This document shows, one piece after another, positions 1-11,819 of a stretch of 64,000 nucleotides of DNA. The position numbers and the translations under genes are program-made. Below the pieces are notes generated by a model, which was not told the origin of the DNA, searched no databases, and saw only the letters and a list, made by a program, of their open reading frames with translations. How positions within the stretch are numbered: the first letter of the stretch is position 1; the number at the start of each line of letters is the position of its first letter. The stretch lies in the NCBI GenBank assembly GCA_002269645.1, contig NIVC01000054.1, forward strand, positions 1 through 64,000, in the 5' to 3' direction. The DNA comes from Macrostomum lignano. Taxonomy: Eukaryota.

Positions 1-501
1 TTTCTATGGATAATTTCTTGATCTATCTATGGGTGATTCTAGATCTGTCAATGGCAATTCTTGATCCATTCTATGGGTGACTGTTTTGCGATGCAGTTTG
101 GGAGCTGCTGGACGAATGCACGCAATTTAACAGCCTACCTAAAGTCATATTTATCTCTGTAATTTTAAAAAAAAACAGGTAAAGCTTTAAATTGGAATAG
201 AACTACTCTTCTTAGTAGAGTGAATTGAATAACACTATCATTTAGAAGCAAATATAAAAGAGGCGATCCAGCGAAACTCCCATTGAAAAACCAAATTCGA
301 TTTGGCCGCTACTCCACCGTTGCTTCCTCAACTTCAAGCCAGTCGTGTCGTCACATGTTATTAGGTTAAAAAATTGTTGGGCAAGCAGGAGCAACAGGAG
401 CAACAGTCACAGCAAGCATACTCGTGCACTAATCTGGACTCAGAACAAAGCATGCGCCCAGTTAAAACAAGTATTTCACGGAGATATAAATTAATATTTA
501 C

Positions 502-564
502 CTCGGCAAGCCGGCGGGTCAGGCTCTTAATCTGAGTCTCGTACGACTCCTCTCTGGATGCAGA
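502..564 (-). CDS. tpm: Tropomyosin chain-A exon 7a, SASREESYETQIKSLTRRLAE
   Basis: 63 nt, tttcag acceptor, GAG|gtaaat donor, phase 0/0; paralogous to [21 protein letters not shown]. Confidence 0.9.
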
Positions 565-1282
565 CTGAAAGATGGGCAGGCAGTTAGTTGAACTAATGGG
601 CGACTGTTCGCGATCAAGGGCATCAGACTAAGATAGAAATGATGCGGCAAGAGGATGGGGTAGAGACTAGAGAGAATGGAGAATAGGAGATGGAGCTGGT
701 TTGAAGATTGGTTGGTAGGGATGGAGTCAGTCACCAGAATGTCTGAACAGCAAACTGGCATGCACAAGAGATTACAATATTTAAAAGATGTTAACAATTA
801 CAAAAAATCATAATGAAAATCATAAAGTTTGTAAATATAAAGTAATGAAAAACGCCATGCTTCAAACTACTCTTACTCAATACCCCTCCCCCCCCCTAAG
901 TGAACGCATAAAACGCAGCATAGTTCAAACTGAACTGAACTTTGGTCTTCAAGTTTCAAAGAAGCAATGCTTGGATTTTTGCAAATTATACAAGAGGGCA
1001 CGGCACTCGGTGTGTTAATACAGTAATATGCGATGCAAGTCGACGAAGAACGACACGACGAGGCTTTGGAGACTGTTTCTTCTAAAATACTGGTTTTGCT
1101 TACGACTGCTTTGGCGCGCTATGAAAATATGCGACATAAGTTTCGTATTACTGAGCGAAATCGCCTCTGTAGCATAAACTATAATCTAGAACCTAACCCG
1201 TTCGACACCCACCTCAATCCAGAGCCACTCTAGCTAAACCACTCACTCTAGCCTGCAATATAAAAAATTCAGCCAGCCAGCT

Positions 1283-1640
1283 AAACTTTCCTACCCCTCC
1301 GACACCCACCCCATTCTAGCTTAGTCAACCGAGATAAAAGCAGGAGCCTCTAAACTTTTCTACCCCCCCCTGACACCCACCCCATTCTAGCTAGTCAATC
1401 TAGATAAGAGCAGAGCCCGCTAAACTTTCCTACCCCTCCGACACCCACCCCGTTCTAGCTAGTCAATCTAGATAAGAGCCAGAGCCCGCCTAACTTTCCT
1501 ACCCCTCCGACACCCACCCCGTTCTAGCTAGTCAATCTAGATAAGAGCCAGAGCCCGCTAAACTTTCCTACCCCTCCAACACCCACCCCGTTCTAGCTAG
1601 TCAATCTAGATAAGAGCCAGAGCCGCTAAACTTTTCTACG
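1283..1640. repeat. 69-bp tandem repeat, ~5 copies (tropomyosin intron)
   Basis: aactttcctacccctcc recurs at 1423, 1492, 1561. Confidence 0.9.
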
Positions 1641-1802
1641 TACTCACACCTGCCCTCCAGCACATTTTACAGTCTAGACACACCGTAATTTCCTCCAATA
1701 TTAATTTAAAATGCTTTGAACTAATTGACTTATCTTTTTATTGTAGTTCAACTATGGCATACTGCAATCTAATTGCAAATCCAATTCAATCTAAGCCCTT
1801 AC

Positions 1803-1941
1803 AGCCTTGAGACGCTCGGAGAGATCTCGGATAGTTTTCCTCGTAAGACTCCTCGCGCTGGGCGCCTCCTGCTCGGAGATCTCCAACGATTTCATGTTGC
1901 TGCCAACAACGCGCAGCTCCTCTTCCAGTTCCAGGATTTTG
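1803..1941 (-). CDS. tpm: Tropomyosin chain-B fused exon 6b+7b, [46 protein letters not shown]
   Basis: 139 nt = 76+63; atgcag acceptor (phase 2), GCT|gtaagg donor; compensating -1 (~1863) and +1 (~1836) indels. Confidence 0.92.
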
Positions 1942-2233
1942 CTGCATTTCAGTGCACAGTTTCTTTATCGTTGATTTCAATTGCAACTTTATAGTAATTG
2001 TTCATACAAATAGACAGATTAATTTATTCGCTTGAACCATGCCATGCGCAGCGTGCAAACACAGACTTTTCCTATTGTACAATAATTAGCTACTTGTGAG
2101 TAGTGAATACTGACTAAACCTCCATAAATTCTTTATGGCGTTAAAAACATAAAATTATAAAATAATCGAATCGTTAACGTGAATAATGAATATGATGGGC
2201 GCTTAAAAATAACCAAAAAGGTAAACTAAGAAC

Positions 2234-2379
2234 CTTGGCATCCTCTGCTCAAGCGATTTTAGACTGTTAGCGACAGAGTGCAGCTCGTCCGACAGATCCT
2301 TGACTTTGCGCTCAGCGGCCTCGGCCCTCTGTTCCGCCCTGTCCAGCTGGGCTTCGGTCAGAAGCAGCTTCCGGTTGAC
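2234..2379 (-). CDS. tpm: Tropomyosin chain-A fused exon 5a+6a, VNRKLLLTEAQLDRAEQRAEAAERKVKDLSDELHSVANSLKSLE(A/Q)EDAK
   Basis: catcag acceptor, phase 0; 146 nt as assembled vs 147 expected (one G missing near 2250); weak AAG|gttctt donor. Confidence 0.85.
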
Positions 2380-2751
2380 CTGATGACGACATGGCCCCCA
2401 GGTAGGCGGTTAGTAACAACAAATAAATATATACCCTGCCAGCTATATTTAAAACTATTTATGTGCCAGTACTGGGAAGTAAAACTCCCATCTAAGCCGG
2501 AGTTAGAGGATAACGCTAGAATAAGGATTACACTCCTAATAATTACAATTTTTAAACCAACTCAAATTCACTGGCACTATAGTTCTTGGCACCCGAACAG
2601 CTTCATGCTTCTACTTAGTTCTATCTTCTAGCTCTCTAAAAAACACAGCAATTCCCGACAAGCAAAAGCAAGACTCTTGTTTAAAAAACGTTAATGCCAA
2701 AAAACTCGAAAAGCATTTCGAAAAACTTTAAAAAACGTTTCTGACTTCATA

Positions 2752-3135
2752 CTGGGATTTTAGTTGTCAGATTGGGATTTTAGCCGCCAGGTTGGGATTT
2801 TAGCTGTCAGATTGGGATTTTAGCTGTCAGATTGGGATTTTAGCTGTCAGATTGGGATTTTAGCCGCCAGGTTGGGATTTTAGCTGTCAGATTGGGATTT
2901 TAGCTGTCAGATTGGGATTTTAGCTGTCAGATTGGGATTTTAGCCGCCAGGTTGGGATTTTAGCTGTCAGATTGGGATTTTAGCTGTCAGATTGGGATTT
3001 TAGCCGCCACGTTTGGATTTTAGCTGTCAGATTGATTGGGATTTTAGCTGACAGGTTGGGATTTTAGCTGACAGGTTGGGATAATTGTTGTCACATTAGG
3101 ATTTCAGCCGCCAGGTTGGGATTTTAACTTTCAAA
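2752..3135. repeat. 20-bp minisatellite TTGGGATTTTAGCTGTCAGA
   Basis: Direct reading. Confidence 0.95.
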
Positions 3136-3411
3136 TCGGGATCACAAGTGTCAGTTTAGGATTTATATTCGCACTGGGATCATAACAGTTTAAATCTGCA
3201 GTTCATAAATAGAAATCGAGCATGAAAATACAAGCAAGACGGGCAATTAGTAAATAGTTATTATAAATTCTCTAATTTGTTTTTGAGAACTCAAAATATC
3301 CTGGAACAGGTCTCTGGACAAAAACATTCACAACAGGACGAAGATTTAAATGCAGTCATAAAAAAAAACTGAAAACACTTCAATGGGACACGCAGGGCAT
3401 GCCAAGGGCAC

Positions 3412-3600
3412 CTTTCAGCCGCCTCCAGGCGGGACTCGGCCCGCTCGAGGTCCACCTCGGTGATGGCCAGCTTCCTGGCTGCCTCATCATATTTGCGGTC
3501 CGCGTCCTCTGCGATGAACTTCGCCTCCTTGAGCTGCTCCTCCAGTGTGTTGACGCGCTCCTCGTCAGCGATGGAGCGGGTCTCCAGCACCTTGCGGCCT
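3412..3600 (-). CDS. tpm: Tropomyosin chain-B fused exon 4b+5b, [62 protein letters not shown](S)
   Basis: 189 nt = 118+71; ccgcag acceptor, AG|gtgccc donor (phase 2); highly conserved muscle-type sequence. Confidence 0.95.
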
Positions 3601-3632
3601 CTGCGGCAGCGACAGCGGTTCCGTCAGTGTGT

Positions 3633-3633
<1 letters not shown>

Positions 3634-3691
<58 letters not shown>

Positions 3692-3718
3692 TTGTGTCTG
3701 TCTGTCTGTCTGTCTTTG

Positions 3719-3763
<45 letters not shown>

Positions 3764-3793
3764 GCCTGTCTGTCTGTCTGTCTGTCTGTCTGC

Positions 3794-3825
<32 letters not shown>

Positions 3826-3850
3826 TTGTCTGCCTATCTGTCTGTCTGCC

Positions 3851-3883
<33 letters not shown>

Positions 3884-4020
3884 TTGTGTCTGTCTGCCTA
3901 TCTGTCTGTCTGTCTGTCTTTGTGTCTGTCGACTCTGTCTGTCTGTCTGTCTGCCTATCTGTCTGTCTGTCTGCCTATCTGTCTTAGTGTCTGTCTGTCT
4001 TAGTGTCTGTTTGTCAGTCT
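3634..4020. repeat. (TCTG)n microsatellite with CTTAGT variants
   Basis: Direct reading. Confidence 0.95.
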
Positions 4021-4407
4021 GTCTTGTTTATTGCTATCAATCTATTTATCTATCAAGCATGTTTAACTAAACATACTGAATATTCGATAGCATACGAGTA
4101 TATCGGATATAAAAGCGAATGAATGTTTAAAGGAAAAAATGGTCAATAGTAGCACCGGACAAACGCGAATGACCAAATAATTTAGCAAGTTGATAAACGT
4201 TCCAAAAATGAACAAGTTTACAGAAATTTGGTTATCAGAATGACTTCATCTACAAAATAAAAACAACATGAAGTTAAGCGTTTTACCAACAACACTGATG
4301 AATTGCTGTGTTTCCTGCTGGCAAAAACAACTCCCACAGACTAGGCCCACAAAATCCGGAGCCTAAATAAAAAGCATCTTACGGATACCATCAAGCCCTC
4401 TCTGTAC

Positions 4408-4525
4408 CTCTTCGTATCTTTTCTCAGCTTCTTTGGCCGCATCCGTGGCCTCCTTGACCATCTGGTCCAGCGAGCTCAGCCTGGCTTCGTCCTCGTTCTG
4501 GCGACTCTCCAGCACTTTGCGGGAT
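4408..4525 (-). CDS. tpm: Tropomyosin chain-A exon 4a, SRKVLESRQNEDEARLSSLDQMVKEATDAAKEAEKRYEE
   Basis: 118 nt, attag acceptor, GAG|gtacag donor (phase 0); paralogous to canonical exon 4. Confidence 0.9.
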
Positions 4526-4730
4526 CTAATAGAGAGCAGAAATCAATTATTTAAATAAAAGTACAACGGGAACTTTGAATTCTGTCATCCTCTGAAATCG
4601 AAAAGCACGGCACGCGATGGGCATGCGAATATAAAATAGTCATGAAAAGCTAAAAAATACTACTTATTCCTGTTCAGTAGTGTAGTAAGGACATAACGAC
4701 TGGCAAGTATTGATTAACTAATCAGCTCAC

Positions 4731-4864
4731 CGCTCGCTCTCGTCAGCTGCCTTGCTGGCCTCCTCCAGCTTCTGCGTGGCCTCCTGCAGGCGGCCCTCAG
4801 TCTGCTCCAGGTCCTCCTCAATCAGGCGGATGCGCCGGGTCAGGGCCTGCACCTCCGCCTCGGC
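4731..4864 (-). CDS. tpm: Tropomyosin shared exon 3, [44 protein letters not shown](R)
   Basis: 134 nt (canonical size), tcaag acceptor, CG|gtgagc donor, phase 2. Confidence 0.96.
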
Positions 4865-5835
4865 CTTGAGACAGGGAAAAATGAGCAAGATTATAAGATG
4901 CTAGTTACATTATACCCAGCAAAATTCCATTCAGATTAATAATAAGGGCATTGAATAAAAGTTCATACTGTATCGGAATAAAATTCAGTAAAAATATCTT
5001 ATATATCTTATACACATCTTAATCTCTAAGTAAATCTTAGATATTCACAGCTTTGACAAAGACAAAAAATCATTGAATTGAAGTCTTGATTTCATAGACT
5101 TATAGAAGCAATAAAGCATTCTAGATCAGTTTTTAAATAAGAGAACAAATATGACTAGAGTGGATTGAAATTTGGAAAGCTAATTTACAACATATGTATG
5201 GTAAGACTGCATTTTTTACACAATAGTATTTAAATCAAAATTTGCAGTTGCTTCAATGATTGGCATGGAAACTGGCTTATTTGTGAGCTTTATAAAATGT
5301 GTCAAGTCTTTACAAATGAACTGATCCTACTATGCCAACTCCCTGGCCTAAAGTATATAAATATGAAATCACAAATACATTAAATTTAATGGAAATGCAT
5401 TAATTTTTAGGCAAAATGTTACAATTAAGCTGTTTCAAACATTGCATAGTAAGTGAGGTTTCCACCATTAACAGTAGGATTTTTCTGCCTATCAAACTAC
5501 CAATAGGGGGGGGGGATTCCCCCCTTTTTGACAATTTTTTGCTGCACCAGAATGGAGCAACGCAGGCACACAAAATTCAAGAACATAGGCTAAATTTTTG
5601 TTGCACACCTTCTCAAACAAGAATCAAGTCGCCAGCCCTCCAGACTGTTGAGATATTCAACTATTCTGCCAGAAGGTTGGATTATCCCATAAGCACCAGT
5701 GTATTCAGTACACCCCTGTGTGCCAAAGTGCAGCTTTTTTAAGTCTCCAAATTTTATCAGCACATTGACCACATGTGTCTGCATCAGCTCTGACTTTGTT
5801 GGTCACTGGCCTTCACCGAGACAAAGCTTCTAGAC

Positions 5836-6162
5836 CTTCAACAGGTGGCACCAGGTGACTATGAACATCCTGATACTAATTTCTCTAGTTTTGCTGATCA
5901 AACCTTGACAGTGGGTAAGCCTCAACTACTAGGTATCCTCAGCTGGTCTCTCAAGTAGTTAGTCTTCACCTGGATGCCGTTGGCACCTTCAACAGATGAC
6001 ACTAGGTGACTATGAACACCCTGATGCAAATTTCTAGAGTTTCACCAATCAAGACTTGACAGTGGGCAAGCCTTAATTTCTGGACACTTTCAGCTAGTCT
6101 CACGAGCATTTAGCCATCACTTGGACCCCATTGGCGCCTTCAATAGGTGACTATGGACATCC
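5836..6162. repeat. Diverged ~151-bp tandem repeat, ~2.2 copies
   Basis: ccttcaa...ggtgactatg(a/g)aca(t/c)cc at about 5836, 5987, 6138. Confidence 0.7.
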
Positions 6163-6701
6163 TTTTGCAACTATGTCAGGTTTTTCTTATCAAGCTTCAA
6201 TAATGATAAGATTGAGAAGGTGTGCGACAAAAAGTTAGCCCATGTTCTTGAATTTTGTGTGCCTATATTGCTCTGTTCCAGTGTAGCAAAAAATTGACAG
6301 GTGGGGGGGGGAATTTTCTTCCTAGTTTTACTGTTAAGATATTTAATTCATCTAAAGGCAGGTGGCAGCTAAGCTGCCTAGCCAAAACTGGACTTGTATT
6401 GCCACTTGCCTATCACATTAAGTCAGCTATGGCAAGGAGGCACATTTTCTATTTTAAGCTGCATTTTCTAGGAACTTAATAAGCACCCCTCATAAAACAA
6501 CAAAAGTAAACTATTTGCATTTTTGTTTTAAAAAATCACAACTTTTAATTCATAAAAACAGATTTTTTATGGTATATCATTTTTTTCAAAAAAATGATTA
6601 TATCTCTTAATATAGGTAGCACTAAAATGAGTTGAATTTTTGGCACCAATTTTTAATCAGTTTGAATTCAATATATTTATATTGATGTCTAGATATCTAT
6701 G

Positions 6702-7105
6702 CAGTAGTGAGCCAGGGGGGATATAAGAATATATCACCCCATCTTGATGAGTTATAAGAAACAAAAATGAGGTTTTTTGATAAAAAAATGCAAAATACAG
6801 TGGCTTAGACTTAGCAAAATTCCCAAAAATTGGCCCATTTCACTTGTAAATTACTAATAAAATGTTTTAAATGATATTTCAGCAAATCCCTACCCTAGTT
6901 TTTAAAGGCTAAAATACCTTAGTCAAGACAGATATCTGCTGGCTTTATTTTGATTTCAACAAAGTAAAGTTTTTTAGCCTAAAAACATGGTTTTTGTACC
7001 TTCTTAAATGTATATTTTAAGCATAAATTGCAAAAAAACTATTGAATCAGTCTAAAACTTTGTCCCTTAAAGTAACCCCCTTTTCAAAATCCTAGCTTTG
7101 CCACT
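6702..7105. mobile_element. Possible degenerate MITE
   Basis: cagtagtgagccagggggg ... cccccttttcaaaatcctagctttgccact imperfect inverted termini. Confidence 0.2.
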
Positions 7106-7399
7106 ATATCTGTTATATTTAGAATATTGGTATCCAACCTAGGGCACTTTATTATATACTAAGAGTAAGATGCTAGCTAAATAGTGACCAACTCATTGAA
7201 TAGTACCAGCGAGCTTATTTGACCAGCGTAAGCACTGCCACATTAAAATATTGCTATCTAATAAATGTAAAATGTCTTGTTATCAGCAATTAGGCATACT
7301 TGCTAATTGCTGTTTTAGAATTTAGTTAAATTTTAAAACAAAAAAATTGCAGAATTGGTACTAGAAAATTCTGCAGTAAATATTAAATATTTAGAGTAC

Positions 7400-7540
7400 C
7401 TGAGTGCGCAGATTCTTTTCGTTTTCTAGCTCAGCACCTTTGGTAGAAAGTTCATCCTGAACAGAATCCAGATCATTTTTCAGTGCCTGCAATCTCTGCT
7501 TCAGTGAAGCTAGAACAGATTCCTTATTGTTTGTCGTCAT
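7400..7540 (-). CDS. tpm: Tropomyosin alternative first exon 1b (low-MW/cytoskeletal isoform), MTTNNKESVLASLKQRLQALKNDLDSVQDELSTKGAELENEKNLRTQ
   Basis: 47 codons, heptad pattern, resembles short-isoform exon 1b (..ERKLRET type end); CAG|gtactc phase-0 donor fits exon 3. Confidence 0.88.
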
Positions 7541-9460
7541 TGTAACTGATATAGCTAAAATAAGCACAAAGCTATATAACTATATAAAGAAAGTTTTAGA
7601 AGGATAATTATTTAGGAAAGAACGTTCTTTACTACTTTTTTATTGCTGATTCTTGTTCCGCAGTTTCTAGGAATATTTTAATGCTTGAAAATTTTTTAGT
7701 GCCTTTAAAACAAAAAAACAACCTTTAGTGGCTTTTAAAGCCATTAAGTAGCAGTTAGAATGACATGAATCGACCAAGTTATATTATTCGTTTTAAGAAT
7801 TTTTGAAAGATTTTTTTAATGTGCATACAAGCACCTTTATAAATATTGGTTTGTTAATTCAAATTTCAAAGCGTAAAACTAAATGGATGGAACTTGCACC
7901 CAATATCGCTCATCTGAACTCCGTAGCAGATTTTTATATTTCCGTCCTATTACTTCCCCGTAAAAAAATTGGACTTCCACCGACGTACCCGACGTCGATG
8001 GATGTCTATTAGCAATGGGTACTTCTTTAATACGCCTTACGCGAGATGCCAGGGTACAGTTACTAGCAATTTCATTATTTTGCATTTTGTTCACTTTTTG
8101 CCGTCTTGAATGCATATGTACACCTCAGTAATTTCTGATATAATATTGATGAACGTCTGGTAAACTACTTAACTCATTTAGAATTGTCGAACTCTGATTC
8201 TTGTATTACATTTTCATTCTGGGCCATCCCCCCATAAGCCCTAAAGACACAAATTTTAACGTAGGGAAACAATATTTCTTGATGACTAAATTATATGTCC
8301 CGATTCGAACGTCTGGTTAAGCCTATAAAAATCCGGATCATTTTGCATGTACATGCATCAAGGACCTCTGAAGTCACTTCGTTACACAGGACGTAACTCT
8401 CCGGAATAGTGGATAATTTTTGATGGGTAAATTCACGATGCTATGCTTAGCGATTTTTTTCATATGATAGCAACTCCACATGTATATAAGTGAATAATAG
8501 AGGATGAATTTGACAGGAAAACATTATTTTTTACTATATAAATGACTTTTCTGGTGTTTTATAACGTCTATTTATTGCGTTGAATTGAGTTTCTTGAGTG
8601 CAAACTGAGTATTACTATACGTTTAGTGTTACGAGGAGTTCCACTCGTTGAGACTAAAATTTAAGGTGGGATGGGATTATGGTGGCCCAGTCCCAGTTGT
8701 GACAGAATCCCTGAATAGGTAAATATATTCTTCAAAGCAGTCTGTTCTTTAAGTTTTGTAATCTGCCTAATCAGTGTACGTACGATACTGCATTTTATGC
8801 TTCTGTGTATTCATTTTCGTTCGAATTCGTTGTGTTTTGATGTTTTTTTCAAGCAATATTATTTTTACTGATCTATGAAATGCAATTGTTTCCGGTTATG
8901 TTTACAATGAGTTTATGTTCTTTGTTTTTACATTTTTCAACATTCATTTGTTTCCAATTGCCTTCCATAAATATACTACTTTTTGTTCCCTTCTTTGTCA
9001 CAAAAACTGACCTTAAAATCATCTTGTTTCTTACACTGACTCGAAGTCAGAGGTCAAAAGGTTAGCTAATTGAACTGACTATGAGCATTACTTTTTTACT
9101 GGTTAATAAACGTGGTGTGTGTTGCTTTCCACTGCCAAAAAGAAGTCAAGATTTTGCATTGAAAGGCATGCAATCTACGGGGTTACTGTACTAAAAAGTC
9201 AATTCTTTCGTATTCTGGGGGGGGAATAAATAAAAGGCCATGCAGCAATCGAAAGAGCACAGAAATCTGCCCGATTCATCAATCCGTTTAGACGTGCCAC
9301 AATTGCAAAATTTGGCCTTCAAAAAATTTTCCACGATTTTGGAGTGTTCAGTCCTTCTACTTAAGTAGTCCTTGACATGCATGAGCTAAATTAGTTTTGG
9401 TTTTGCCACTGGTAAAAGGCTTTAACATCACAAAAATGATTATATATATAATGGACTTAC

Positions 9461-9638
9461 ATCGCTGGCTCGCTTCTCTGTTCCCTCCAAATTGGTGTTA
9501 GTGGTGGTGAGAGACTCCTGGGCGGTGTCGAGATCCTGCTGCAGCTGCTGGAACTTCTTCTGCATCTCGCCCATCTCCTCTTCCTTCTTGGCCATCTCAG
9601 CCTCCTTCTCCTTCAGCTTGGTCTCCAGCTGGTCGGCC
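9461..9638 (-). CDS. tpm: Tropomyosin exon 2, (A)ADQLETKLKEKEAEMAKKEEEMGEMQKKFQQLQQDLDTAQESLTTTNTNLEETEKRASD
   Basis: tttcag acceptor, GAT|gtaagt donor; exons 1a+2 = 240 nt = 80 codons, as in canonical tropomyosin. Confidence 0.95.
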
Positions 9639-9729
9639 CTGAAATGATTTTGTAAATAAAATACAGTTGTTCATCATTGCGTCTTGGTGGAACGATTCAA
9701 AAGCAAAAAATAATATGCAAACCACGTAC

Positions 9730-9791
9730 GCGTCAACGGCATTCTCCTTCTCTAGCTTCATCACCAGCATCTTCTTCTTGATGGCGTCCAT
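9730..9791 (-). CDS. tpm: Tropomyosin exon 1a (high-MW/muscle-type start), MDAIKKKMLVMKLEKENAVD
   Basis: ATG at 9791; classic MDAIKKKM start, close to schistosome tropomyosin; donor GC|GTACGT, phase 2. Confidence 0.95.
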
Positions 9792-10696
9792 CTCTTGTTA
9801 AACTTTTTCAATTAGTCGAATAAATTAAAACTAAAACGAGTTGATTCTCGAAGACCCGAACCGAAAATGCTGAAATGCGATCCGAAGGCTGAGATGAACA
9901 GACGGGGGCTTCAGGAGCGACTGCAGGAGACTGAGAGGTAGAGAGGGCCAACTGCCGTTCCTGTGGATGCAGCATTTTATAACGGCCGATCCTCCGCAAT
10001 GGGAAGCGGAGGGGGGCTGAAAGGAAGGTCGGGAGTACCAAAGGAGGGGGTTGGGCGCGTTCACCAAAATGTTGGACCTGAAGCAGGCTTTAGCGAATGC
10101 CATCCATTCAAGCAGTCCCAGAATTCCGCTTTGACCCCCGGGAGGCCTGCAGCCTCTCTCTGCCTTGCACCACCGGCAAGGAGCAAAACTTTCGCTTAGG
10201 AACGTTCGAAACTCTCCCTCTGCAGCCCACGCACCTCCTGAAAGCCAGCAATCGATAGTCGCTGATAGCGCTTCTGCCCCCTCTTTCTCTCTGACTGGAT
10301 CTGATCTGCTTCATGGCATTTAAGCCACAGATTCAGGCAGCGAATAGATTGGGACGCAGCTTGCATTGCGCCAATGAACATTCAGTCGTACAGGGACCTC
10401 CTAGCCAGACTGAAGACTCCAGCATCTGCGCAGCTACCGCATTTTGGGTTGCAGCACTCTTGTCAGGCCTTCCCCGCTGCATGGGTCCGTTGTAGCTGCA
10501 CACTGTCGTCCTGTCCTGCATGTCCTTTGCCTCGACTGCTGGGGAAGGAAACTGCAGTGGAAACGGCGCCGGTTGCAGTCAAAATCGAAGCTCTTTTTGC
10601 TTAAGCATTCAGCGGAATCTTATAGCAACAACTGTTTTATAATGTCTTTACTTTAGACGGCGGTGCCTGGCTGGCATGAAAAAATATTGTTTAAGA

Positions 10697-11420
10697 ACAG
10701 GACGAGCTCGAACAGTGTCACAAAATGGTTGAAGGACGAGCTCAAAGAGTGTCAGAGAACGGTTGTAGGACGAGCTCAAAGAGTGTCAGAGAATGGTTGT
10801 AGGACGAGCTCAAAGAGTATTAGAGAATGGTTGTAGGACGAGCTCAAAGAGTGTCAGAGAACGGTTGTAGGACGAGCTCGAAGAGTGTCACAAAATGGTT
10901 GAAGGACGAGCTCAAAGAGTGTCAGAGAATGGTTGTAGGACGAGCTCAAAGAGTATTAGAGAATGGTTGTAGGACGAGCTCAAAGAGTGTCAGAGAACGG
11001 TTGTAGGACGAGCTCGAAGAGTGTCACAAAATGGTTGAAGGACGAGCTCAAAGAGTGTCAGAGAATGGTTGTAGGACGAGCTCAAAGAGTATTAGAGAAT
11101 GGTTGTAGGACGAGCTCAAAGAGTATTAGAGAATGGTTGTAGGACGAGCTCAAAGAGCGTCACAAAATGGTTGACGGACGAGCTCAGAGTGTCAGAGAAT
11201 GGTTTTAGGACGAGCTTAAAGAGTATTAGAGAATGGTTGTAGGACGACCTCAGAGTGTCAGAGAATGGTTGTAGGACGAGCTCGAAGAGTGTCACAAAAT
11301 GGTTGAAGGACGAGCTCGAAGAGTGTCAGAGAACGGTTGTAGGACGAGCTCGAAGAGTGTCAGAGAATGGTTGTAGGACGAGCTCGAAGAGTGTCAGAGA
11401 ACGGTTGTAGGACGAGCTCA
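10697..11420. repeat. 34-bp minisatellite with 4-unit higher-order structure
   Basis: CTCAAAGAGTGTCAGAGAATGGTTGTAGGACGAG variants in recurring order. Confidence 0.95.
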
Positions 11421-11819
11421 AAGTGTCAGAGAACTGTCAAGTTAAGCCTTACAGGCCACTTCATCGATAGAGATTTTGCTGTAGCAATGTTATGTAGCAG
11501 AAAACGAGTTCTGATGAGGTGCAAAGAATTAATTGACCCTAGGACTCAATTACTCAAAGTCGCCGAATTTGTAATTATATTATAACAAACAATTAACCGA
11601 TCAATCAATAGTTGACTTGCAATACAGACTCCTTTCTATTTATTTAAATTAAAATTTATTCAGATAAAACACAGATTTACGAATATGCGGCGTGGGGGAC
11701 AGCAAGCGAATGAACTGACAAAACAGGTCTGGTGAGCGCAGCGGGTGCTGAGTTTGCTGCTGGCAATAAGATAGCTGCTTTCTTGGAGGTGGACACAGAT
11801 GGGAAGAGGCGAACAGAAA

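Noticed and set aside
4363-4407. Read-through of exon 4a (EVQRGLDGIRKMLFI*) as a half-length tropomyosin, or splicing to an internal AG at 3483
   Set aside because: Unnecessary once dedicated phase-matched partners 5a6a and 7a were found; not excluded as a minor product.
8218-8691. Possible MITE with CTGGGCCA inverted ends
   Set aside because: Only 8 bp of match, no target-site duplication or second copy visible.
9792-9850. Spliced-leader RNA gene or trans-splice site near the tropomyosin start
   Set aside because: A ttttag acceptor lies ~40 nt upstream of the ATG but cannot be distinguished from a cis acceptor, and no SL sequence was recognised in the window.
10697-11420. CRISPR-like appearance of the 34-bp repeats (also the 48-bp array at 33675)
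   Set aside because: Units are contiguous with no unique spacers, there are no cas genes, and the context is spliceosomal eukaryotic.
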